From the NCBI GenBank assembly GCA_000934665.2, contig KZ538371.1, forward strand, positions 57,124 through 77,123: a stretch of DNA of 20,000 nucleotides, in the 5' to 3' direction. The notes under the pieces are model-generated. The model saw nothing but the letters and a program-made list of their open reading frames with translations. It made no database searches and had not been told where the DNA came from. This stretch comes from Catajapyx aquilonaris. Lineage: Eukaryota. Positions 10,641 through 20,000 of this stretch are shown one piece after another. How positions within the stretch are numbered: position 1 is the stretch's first letter; each line of letters opens with the position of its first letter. The position numbers and the translations under genes are program-made.

Positions 10641-10950
10641 CAGATCCATTCTATTGCTCTGCTCTTCACTGCAGATTCCAGGGGGTTTCCCCGAAGCAAT
10701 ATTTTGGAAGAGTGCAAAGAATGGGTCAGGCTCATCCCTCAAATCCCTTGACCCTCTTACCTCCAACTGCAGCATTTACAACCTGAAGAAGAGGTAATAA
10801 TTGGAAAGATGGATCTTCTTATGTACACTCTACTCTTTGTACTTCAACAAAACAAGAGTTAAAATTCATTCCACCAGCAGAACTAATTGTCTCAGCATTG
10901 TAGACCTCTTCTTTCGGAGTAAATAATTTGTACACCAAAAGCGAGGCAAT

Positions 10951-11367
10951 TTAGCATCGGGCAGCTTGCGCTATGATGAGCTTCAACTCATAGGCGAGGT
11001 GAGAAATGTCAACCACAGAGTCAACCATCTCCTGAACAGCAGCCACGCTGGGAAATTGCAGTGCAGCCTTTTTAGTGGCCTGCACTGTTGAACGCAAACC
11101 ATCAAAAAGCTTGTTGGACCCCTGCAGAACTTTGGCACGCACTTCTGCAGATACAATGTTGCGATGAACAGTGTCACCAATGTATACCAGCTTATGTGCA
11201 CTTAGGATCACAAATTTGGAATGGGCAATGAAGATTTTCGGAGGCTGATTGCGCTCAATGGTCAGCAAAAAGGCGTCAATGGCATTGGTGAGGTACACCA
11301 CATGGGTCTCAGCCTGGGCTGAGTAGAACTGCACGACTTGTTTGTCATTTGGGTCCAGCACCAGGCC
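10951..11367 (-). CDS. BCAR1: p130Cas/BCAR1-family protein, terminal exon (C-terminal Cas-homology / FAT-like domain)
   Basis: Acceptor ttgtttcag|GGC, phase 0. GLVLDPNDKQVVQFY...NQPPKIFIAHSKFVILSAHKLVYIGDT...TKKAALQFPSVAAVQEMVD...ARC* carries the hallmark Cas C-terminal motifs. Confidence 0.95.
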   Translation of the reverse strand, partial: GLVLDPNDKQVVQFYSAQAETHVVYLTNAIDAFLLTIERNQPPKIFIAHSKFVILSAHKLVYIGDTVHRNIVSAEVRAKVLQGSNKLFDGLRSTVQATKKAALQFPSVAAVQEMVDSVVDISHLAYELKLIIAQAARC

Positions 11368-11679
11368 CTGAAACAAGTTGTTGGAAAAAATTACAATTGG
11401 AACATTCCCGAAAAAAACAGGCCTATTTTGGACATTCTGAATTGTAATTATTTCTCCTTACAAACACAAAACATAATTGAATATACACACTTGACATTGA
11501 TGGAAATGGTAGTTACCAATACTTGCACCCTGAGAGTGCTGTCAGCATAGAAGATATGCAATGTGTTCCAACTGAAATGCCTGTAGTGCTTGGCAATTTT
11601 TTGGAACTAAGCTGCTTCTTTTTCAGAATAGAGATCAGGGGTCTCTGCAGCCTTGTTACAGAGATAATTAGCATTAAAT

Positions 11680-12130
11680 TTTTGGACAACCACGTGTTGC
11701 CTTTTGTTCAACATCTCAAGGAGGAACACATTCGGGACACCCCAATCTTCCAAGACGATAATATAATTACTGAGTGCACACGTCTAAAACCATCTGTGAT
11801 TAGCGCAACAAGCATTCAGGAAGCCTCTCACACATTGACTGGCCAGTAAAGTCCACAGATTTGAATCCTGTTATTAATCTGTGGCACTACTTGTAACAAG
11901 GAGTAAACACACCTTGTTCCAAGTAGTCCCATGATTTTCAATAGGATTCAAATCCATAGACATTGCTGGCCAGTGAAGGTTGTGTGACTCGGAATGCTCC
12001 TCATACGAGTCACAGACAGTCTTAGCCCTGTGCCACAGCATTGCTGTCCTGGAAGATTGGGGTATCCAGAATGTGTTCCTCCTTGAGAGGCTGAACAAAA
12101 GGCAACACTGGTCATACAGAATCCGAATGT
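11680..12130. mobile_element. Fold-back (inverted duplicated) Tc1-like transposase remnant
   Basis: The + strand gives HVLPFVQHLKEEHIRDTPIFQDDN ... (frameshift) HIDWPVKSTDLNPVINLWHYL*. The - strand gives LHWPAMSMDLNPIEN. Both resemble the Tc1 FQ.DN and WP..SPDLNPIEN.W motifs. The arms meet at 11905-11908. Confidence 0.8.
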
Positions 12131-12552
12131 AGCCCAGCTGGTTGAAGTGCAGTCACCTCAACCCAAGGCCCCAATTCATTTTAAGTCAACCACCACCAAA
12201 TCATCCCTGCCAGTGCTAACATGAACTCAGTTCTTACTTCTAATGGAGGGGGCAGGGGAGGAGGGGTCTAATTTTTTTGGTCTGGTATGTGCATTTTGTA
12301 TAGCCCCTAAAAGTTACTGTTTGAATGTACAAACTACTTCACAATAAGGCCCTTGGTTCCAAAAATTCCCTAACCAATGAGTACTCTTCAGTTGGAACAG
12401 ACAATATATTCACAGAGATTCATGTTATGTTCAAATGAAGTTAATGTCTGTTACACACACAAACATAACATGTTGAAATTGGCAGATTTACCACAGTTAG
12501 AATGCCTCAATTGTCCACCTATAACATACACAAATATCATTATGAATTGTAC

Positions 12553-12855
12553 CTCCGATCCTGATACAGGGACCTGCGACTCCTTGACAAGGTTGTCAAA
12601 GGACTTGCACAGCTCCTTGGGTAGTGACTGTTTTATATCCTCATGTTCCCGCTCCACTGCCTCTTTGGATTCCAAATTAACGTAGTCATAGTCCTCTATC
12701 CAATCTTTGCTGTCATTCTCATACACATTTTCATGATCGATACATTTTCCTCTTTTGGCAGGTGTCTCTGGCTTGTTCTCATCTCCATCTGGCAAGCCCT
12801 GTTGCACTGGAGCCTGGACAGCAGCAGATCTCTTGAACAACAGTGTGGAATTGCC
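12553..12855 (-). CDS. BCAR1: p130Cas/BCAR1-family exon (Src-binding region with YDYV)
   Basis: ttcttttcag|GNSTLLFKR...WIEDYDYVNLESKE...SGSE|gtacaa; 303 nt, phase 0-0. Confidence 0.9.
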
Positions 12856-12920
12856 CTGAAAAGAATGAGTGATAAGAGAAATGGAAAATATACATGTTTC
12901 ATAGAGGCCACAAGGGATAC

Positions 12921-13487
12921 CTGAATAAATGAAGCAACTTGGCGCACGTCTTCAGTTAGTGTCCTTGCACAACTGACAAGTTGGTCCAGTTGGTCAGGAA
13001 CAACTGGTTCACCCCCAAGTTTGGCTGTGGACCATCCAAGGGCATCCAGCTCACCACTGCTCCGTTGCACCAAACTGTTAGTTTCTTGCAGTGGCCTAGT
13101 GAGTTTGAGCAGCTTGTGTGCCAGGTTTGGATCCTGAGCTTTGGTTGAATTGACAAGTGCACCTTGTGCAAAGTCAACAAACTCCTGCAGAGCTGTCCTC
13201 AGTCTCACCACTGCCAGCTTCACCTCATACACCTTTGCCTCCAGATTATCCTTACGTCGCCAAGTAGGACTTACAAAGGAGAGGAGCTTCGAGATGGAGC
13301 CATGGACTTCCTGCTGAAGCTTAATGAGGGTGTCAACAGCTGAAGCTAGTTCTAGGGGCAGCTCTTTGCCACCCAATTCAGCCAGATCATGAGAGTCGCG
13401 ACTTGAGTCAGAACCAGAAGACAGTCGCAATAATACATTGCCTTTATCATCTTCAGAATGGCGACGAGGGAATGAGTCACGCATGAC
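12921..13487 (-). CDS. BCAR1: p130Cas/BCAR1-family exon (serine-rich four-helix bundle domain)
   Basis: ccttgcag|VMRDSFPRR...ELPLELASAVDTLIKLQQEV...DQLDQLVSCARTLTEDVRQVASFIQ|gtatcc; 567 nt, phase 0-0; followed by a 65-nt intron. Confidence 0.92.
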
Positions 13488-13591
13488 CTGCAAGGATTTA
13501 AATTGCACCGATCAGATTGTTTGCAAAATCATAAGAACTTGTTACCCCTGATGTGCCTCTATGACAAATTTTTAAGTGGTATAATTGTGGT

Positions 13592-13701
13592 CAGGGATGG
13601 AAAAAGAACCGCTTCTTGGAAGGAAGCTGTTCTTTTTTCCATGTTCAGGGTTGGAAAAAAGAACCGCTTCCTTCCAAGTAGCGGTACTTTTTCCATCCCT
13701 G
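13592..13701. mobile_element. 110-bp hAT-type palindromic MITE, copy 2 (Cas intron)
   Basis: Near-identical to 6872-6981, with its own perfect 8-bp TSD attgtggt (13584-13591, 13702-13709). Confidence 0.9.
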
Positions 13702-13895
13702 ATTGTGGTCATTCAATAGTATCATAAATAATCATTCATATAAATTCTAAGTGTTGTGACGTTTTCAGACACATTACACCCAAGCGCACCCCTATGGGGT
13801 CAAGTGACCAACATTGTCTACCAGCTCACAATCAGAAGTGACCTTGTCTTAGAATATATTTAAGATTTAACCAATCTCAATATATAGTTTGTTAC

Positions 13896-14306
13896 CTGAG
13901 GAGGAACATCATATACCCCTTCTGGTGGGGCTAGGATTCGGGGAACATCATACGCATCTCCGGCTAAAATACTGGGACCCTTTGGAACATCATATTCTGG
14001 ATCAGCAATGATTCCATCAGCAAATCCAGCAGAAGACATGGTACTGGTGGCTGTGGTTGTGGTAGTAGATGCAGGTTGCCTAGATGGTGAAATATCATAG
14101 GTATCGCCCGTTGCATGCTCTAGACTAGAGCGATTTGACAGACAAAGGCTTTCTGAGGCTGTCAGTGATGAAGCACTGCTTGAGGGTGACAGCTGGGAGC
14201 TTGCAGTTGATAGAAGTGACACCCCACTTGAGCGGTTACTTGACCCAAGTGTAGCAGCATGGATCCTAGGGAGGTCGTATGTTTCTGTTGGCTCACCTTC
14301 ACTGAC
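13896..14306 (-). CDS. BCAR1: p130Cas/BCAR1-family exon (substrate domain, YDxP motifs)
   Basis: atccacag|VSEGEPTETYDLPR...SNRSSGVS...EYDVP...AYDVP...VYDVPPQ|gtaaca; 411 nt, phase 0-0. Confidence 0.9.
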
Positions 14307-14684
14307 CTGTGGATTGCACTGTTATTAGTTAAATGGGTTACATATCATAAGTCAAATCAATTTACTCCGACTCGTACTTCGACTACTGTACATTGTGTAC
14401 CATGTGCATTTGTCCTCCCCATAACATTCAAGTGTTTGTGCCTACATTTATCTGAAATTCTCTGCCTGGTGCTTTTCTCCAGCCACCTGTATAGCGCAAG
14501 GTTTCTGTTAGCATGAAAGTAATATTTTCTAGGGGTCAATAAAAAGTTGCTTATCTCCATGTGTATAGTACATTTGCCTGCATTGTCCAGTTCCTTGACA
14601 CCTGTAGGTATTTTGCAAGATAGTAAGTTTCTATGAGCAACTCAAACTCTCACCATATGTAGGCCTACGTGTGAGGGTAGGGAT

Positions 14685-14917
14685 AGTCCAGGGTCCCCCA
14701 CCAGGGGGAGTTCACAAACTATGTACCATATTAGAAACTTTGCACTGCACATTGCACATCCCCTCCTGTCACCCTGCCCGTGGGCCCAGGCATTTCGCGA
14801 AAGGTCCCACTATGTACGAATGGCTAAAATAAAGGTCCGTGCTTGTACCCAAGGTGTCAGAAGCACTACCCACTATTATTATTATTATTAATTATTATTA
14901 TTATTATTATTATTATT
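14685..14917 (+). mobile_element. Retroposed fragment (5'-truncated LINE 3' end or SINE) with (TAT)n tail
   Basis: Ends in (TAT)n at 14874-14917 and is flanked by a perfect 14-bp direct repeat gtgagggtagggat (14671-14684, 14918-14931). Confidence 0.8.
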
Positions 14918-15032
14918 GTGAGGGTAGGGATGTTTCTTATTTAAGAGTGTTTGCATAATTCGGGTAACTTGTCTGTATATCCAATGGGTTCATTTTCAAT
15001 TGTACAGCTCATTACGCTGATAGCTATTACAG

Positions 15033-15563
15033 CAGCAGTTCTCAAACTTTTCCACAACAGGCCCCCCTAGAAAGTAATTTCAGATTTGCCCCCCCCCCCC
15101 AGAAAAAGCCCGAAAAAACCCGGCGCAGCCATTTTTTTTGTTCAAGGTCACACAAACTTAGGTGAATGTAATAACTGACAAAGTACAGTGGAATCCTCCT
15201 ATACTGTAAGCACATTGGATATAAGCAAGTAGAAAGATCGATCCCGTCATATTTCCAGCAGTGCCAATGTCCAAGCACAGTTGAATCCGGATATAACAGA
15301 CTTGTCTGCTATTATTATCTGACTGCACAAATCCTTATTCAGAACTGCACATTTGGCTTTTAGAACTGCACGAATTGTGTAGAACTGCACGCTACAGTAA
15401 GCCCTGAGAAGTAGTTCTTACCTAATCAGCGCGACTTTTGTCCTGTTTCGAGTCATACGAGTCACATAATTTTTGGATTCGCCCCGCACCCCCCCCCCCC
15501 CCNCCCCCCCCCAGGGGGCGCGCCCCACTCTAACAACCGTGCCCCACAGCTTGAGAACCGCTG
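15033..15563. mobile_element. hAT-type MITE
   Basis: CAGCAGTTCTCAA ... TTGAGAACCGCTG termini, 8-bp TSD tattacag / tattacac (7/8 match), poly-C subterminal tracts and an internal agaactgcac x3 repeat. Confidence 0.75.
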
Positions 15564-16503
15564 TATTACACACACATTTCGCAAAAGGTTTGACATGGTG
15601 GCCACATTATAATCAATATTTATCTCAAAAAGTATTCCACCTCCTCTTGTTGGGAATATGTGGGGTATCATCCCGATCAAACCTGGTGTCATCAGGATCA
15701 AACTTGGTGTCAGCATATTCCTAACACTTGAGCCTCCATCCTCTCTTCCCTTATGGATCTACCCCATCCACATGCAGATGACCTGCCTCTTTTATCCTCT
15801 CCTATCAGTCCTATGCCATCATCCCTCCCAACAACATAGCCAGGATGGTCGGCAGCCTTTGGTACACCTGTGAGTAATTCTACAAAATCCCAACCCCTAA
15901 ATGTACGCTCAGTAACTCCCTTTTGCATTGTTTTGTACAATGTGAGAGCTGGCCTCCCTCTGACTCTGAAGGGTCACTCAGGGTCATGGACATGGTCATG
16001 GCCCAAGCAAGCACCTGCTGCAGACAACCTGTGTATTAGGACAAGCCTCATCTGAGGCTGCCGCATGACTGCTACACTGTCAGTGGAAGTCTAACTTTGA
16101 ACCCCACCTCCTCTCACGCAAGCCAATCAGAATGAGTGTCATTGTAAAATTAGAATTTACTATTAATTAAGTTGCACAAATGGATTTAAGCACTATGGCT
16201 TCTACAGTAAAAGCTTCAATTCAATTGCAGTGCAAGTAAAATAATTTCTATTCATTGTCTTAATTTAATTTACCAGGCCATATCTGATTACACCTACATG
16301 GCTTTGCCCACATACTGTGCCCTACTGAATGTACCGATACAATACAAATTTTACGGAAACAGGAGGAAAGAGGAACATGTGCAGGGGCCTTCATAGATAC
16401 GCAATACCTGTGCATTGGCAGAACTGGTGTAAAAATAATGTCCTTCCACACACCATCCCTTGAAGTACTTGCAGTATAGAGTATACTGACAATGCCCACT
16501 AAC

Positions 16504-16724
16504 CTGTACATGTATGGGTCTGGGAATATCATAGCTGTCAAGATCTGACGGTGGTGTTGGAGTCGATTCTGGTGAAGCTCTGCTGCCTTTGCTCCTTGGA
16601 GTCTGCCTGTATGGTATCTTCGCTCCCTTCATTGCATTCACTTCTTTCCCCGAGGTCTTCGGATGTAAACTCCGGGGACTGTCATAGGATTCACTGGTTG
16701 CCTTTATCGAATTGGAGTAATTTC
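16504..16724 (-). CDS. BCAR1: p130Cas/BCAR1-family exon (substrate domain)
   Basis: tgtttgcag|(G)NYSNSIKATSESYDSPR...LDSYDIPRPIHVQ|gttagt; phase 1-0, compatible with both neighbours. Confidence 0.82.
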
Positions 16725-16847
16725 CTGCAAACATTCATCAAAGTTAGCATCACAATGACTAAAAGTGACAGATATAAGCCCCCACATCGTTCCCACAGTG
16801 AAACCCCCAATTTAGGCTATCAAAAAAGCAACATCTTATGTGTAGAC

Positions 16848-16965
16848 CTTGCCAGGTTTCCAAAGGCTGATGTCGTGCAGGCGGGACATCATAATCCGGC
16901 AGTGCTTTATTGGCAGCTGGAACATCGTAGAGATACACATCGCCCACTTTCTGTGGCGTGATCAC
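16848..16965 (-). CDS. BCAR1: p130Cas/BCAR1-family exon (first visible; start of substrate domain)
   Basis: tactttactttgcag|VITPQKVGDVYLYDVPAANKALPDYDVPPARHQPLETWQ(G)|gtctac; phase 0-1. VITPQKVGDVYLY resembles the post-SH3 segment of Cas proteins. Confidence 0.85.
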
Positions 16966-19744
16966 CTGCAAAGTAAAGTAATCGGGCTTTATTTACGCCA
17001 GGTCTATATCCGATGCTGGGAAATGAAGAGGGATAGAAGAGAGGGGGGTCAGGAGGAGCAAAAGGGGGGGGGGGNGGGGGCAGGCACCCTGTTGCTGAAT
17101 CAGCCTGGGGGCTAGTAGGGGAGGGGGAGATATAGCTCGATACAATGGCTCTGGATCAATATGAACTTCTTTATATGCTTGCATCCTAACTAAGGAAAGG
17201 CTTCAATTACGTATTTTGTGGGGAAATTTGATGCTCAAAGCAGAAACTAATGAATCCGGTTGCACGTGTCTAGATGGCTTATAGCGTGGTTGGCACGATG
17301 AAAGTTACGCAATCGCCGTCCATGTGCTAAGTGAATGAGCTCAGTCCCTTTGTTCTCTTGGAATTATTGGTTTATGAGGGTTTCCCTCGCCCTTGGTCTT
17401 CCCTTGCGGCACGCAAGTGCGCTTCAACATCATCTCTCTGATGTTTTGCTGCCCACTAAGCCATACTGTACAGTATGTTGTTCATTAGAACAAACTATAC
17501 TTAGAAGATGATTCCATTCAGGAATTCACACAACCTCGGAACTTGTACACGATGAGAATAATTCTCACTGACCAACCCATTTTTTAACTTGAAAGAGTTG
17601 GCCGAATGAGGAAAAACCCCACAATCAAATGTGCGAACATTCCCGTTAAGTCAATCTGATATAGGGTAGGCTGATGTCATGTCACTTTTATCATCTACCT
17701 ACGCATGTGTAGTAATGACTCGTTAACAGTGTTATTAGGTGCATTGCTAATTCAAGACTATTCAGGACTACCATGAGACATGATGAAGTGAAGTAGCCAA
17801 TCATATAAGTTTGTCCGAAATTAGTCTACTTCACCGGCGCGGCGGTTGTGACGCAGGCTATGAAAGATAGGATTTTCGCAATTGAGTTTATTTCAAGCTC
17901 TTTTCCTGTCTGTCTCCCTTTCAGCTGATGGGAGCCACGCGAGCATAAAATGGGGGAAACAACCTAGTCAAGCACAATTATGCCTCATTAGAAGACTAAC
18001 GCATGAAAGTACTCGAATAAATCAGGCTCGCATGATTTTTCCGTAACGAAGTAAACAAGTTGGATATAGGCTTATTACGTAGGTCTAGAAGATATTATGG
18101 ACTTGCTTCCACAACAAAGTGGAATGTTTTAAAATATTCATGTATCATTCTTAAATAATTTCCATGGTGGTATATAAAAGTGGTTGTCGGGGATTGTTAC
18201 AAAAAATCAAGAACAGTATTTTCATTTTAAATGTTGATGCAAAATTGTAGTGTAGTAAAAATCGAGGCTTCTAACAGAACGGAAATAATTCAGGATTACT
18301 GTAACTTTCGAACTGAGAGTGATTGTTATGGGGAGTGGCCCGCACCAGAGCAAAAGCACCGCGGTTAGTTTCGGCTTGACCCCCTAGTTGACCCCAGTTA
18401 ATTTTTAGTGAAGATTATTTCACTTACGAGAGATGATACGGTGAAACTATTTATTTCGTGTCCATTCCCGTCTAGCAGAAGAAGAAAACCCAGATTTGTT
18501 TCCCCAAAATTTAAACATGTCATCAAAGGTGCTATAAGTTAATATTGTGGTCGACCCTGCATTATACGTGGAAGGGGAGGAAGGTAGTCTTGGTAAGAAT
18601 AGCCTTTTATTGTGTTAACGTGGATTTTCCCGCATTTGCAAGAAACCACAGGATTTGAATAACTTATGTGTAAGAGCAATGAAGCGATCTAAATTCTGAG
18701 GAAAGTGTGACTTATTAAATATTAATGATGCGAAATTCATCCAGGCTGCTCGGTATTCCCGTAGGTTTGTTAGTCTATTAGGATTATACGGTAATGTGAG
18801 AGCATATATCAAGATTTACAGTACTCGAGGTACCATTAGCAACATTTAGAAATCGATTCTGAATGTAATACAGCCCCAAATAATATATAAAAAGACGGGG
18901 AGCGGCCGCGGCCCTTTTAATCATTCTCAACAAGCTGCCAGGTGTTTCTTATCAAGGCTAAGGACTGCCCCGTAAAGAGAGTAAATAGCAACTATGAAGG
19001 CGATAGCAAAACATATATTTCCATCAAGCATAGTAAGGCAACTATTATGGACTTCCTGTACGCCCAGGAACTTGACACGCAAATCAATCGTAACAAAAAT
19101 AGGGGTTATAAGAAAAACTTGGGATTTTTGTGACAGAAAGTGTTTTTCCCGCAGATAAAGGTGTGTGGTCTGGGCTTTCTTTAATTCCTGGGTTTTATGG
19201 AATCTAAGGTCCGGTTGAGAATCTAAATCTCAAAATATGCATTGTGAACACTTACACATAATGGCATAATCAGATATTTTACGGATCCATAATTAATCAC
19301 CCAATTGACCTCAAAATTGAATTTGTTGCGCCAACTGCTCGACAATAATGCTCGAAATTTACAATCGGAACCACGTTTCTGTTTAAAAATATTTTCAAGC
19401 ATTTCTGGTGAACAAAAAACAGGTCTCATGTAATAATTATGCAAGCTACACTTCCTAAATAAGTGACGCCGCAGTCTTACAGCTTATGCACAAATAGCAG
19501 ATTTAAGTTCCCATTCACATCAGCAAGGATGTCCATTAATGGCCGTATAAGACACCTGACCCCAAAAGTTGAGTCCGCGAAATACACGTACGGATATCAG
19601 CACAAGCCTGACACACACTGCAAATGGAAATGTAAAAAGTCACAAAAAATTGCTTTTACGATAGTGATTATTACATAGATTATACACACGTCTGCAAATC
19701 AAGTGTCATTATCAGCATAGTCGCTAAATAAGTACAAGGCCTAT

Positions 19745-20000
19745 ACAGGGTGTAAGTGAATTCAACCGACAAACTTCTAGGGGTGATAGAGGGGACCAAG
19801 ACAAACATTTTTGACATAGGAAACTGTGTCCGGAAACGCCATCTAGAGGGGGTTCATAGACGAGGAACGGGTGCGCTCAGATGCGTTACGCGAGAGGCGC
19901 AAGTCGAGCGGACTGTTTTGTTGATAGATGGCTCGCAGTTGTTGCCAGGTTATGGCGTATCGCGTCGTTGTAAGTAAACAACAACACGATACGCCATAAC
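19745..20000. mobile_element. Left part of a probable Tc1/mariner-type MITE, truncated by the window end
   Basis: TA|CAGGGTGT terminus like the 2219 element, plus an internal palindrome gttatggcgtatcg...cgatacgccataac (19949-20000). The right TIR is not visible. Confidence 0.5.

Noticed and set aside
12696..12920. C-terminal extension of the 270-aa ORF (VSLVASMKH...)
   Set aside because: Read-through into the 65-nt intron; splicing restores the expected FIQ|GNSTLLFKR.
15341..15390. agaactgcac x3 with short spacers (CRISPR-like look)
   Set aside because: Only 10-bp units inside a eukaryotic hAT MITE; no cas genes.
15488..15512. Poly-C/G tracts containing N (also ~9860-9875 and ~17063-17080) as G-quadruplex elements
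   Set aside because: Ambiguous bases show uncertain homopolymer sequencing; no support for function.
15710..15868. Possible extra Cas exon after an acceptor-like ctcacag
   Set aside because: The phase-0 frame stops after 18 codons and there are no YxxP motifs; probably a decayed repeat.

Overview
Eukaryotic (invertebrate, probably arthropod) genomic DNA with two convergent spliced genes. (1) A complete two-coding-exon SMIM13-like small membrane protein gene lies on the + strand (5662-5734 + 6376-6509, 68 aa); the ORF track misses it. (2) The 3' six coding exons of a p130Cas/BCAR1-family adaptor gene lie on the - strand (16965 to 10951, 678 aa visible). I found no SH3-coding exon in the window, so it probably lies beyond 20000. 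The remaining sequence is dense with small non-autonomous transposons, many with readable target-site duplications (TSDs): a four-element nested MITE stack (2219-3960), a piggyBac-like MITE, two copies of a 110-bp hAT-like MITE, a tRNA-derived SINE, a (TAT)n-tailed retroposon fragment, a fold-back Tc1 transposase remnant and several hairpins. No prokaryote-type system is present. All assignments come from reading the sequence by eye; no database search was run.
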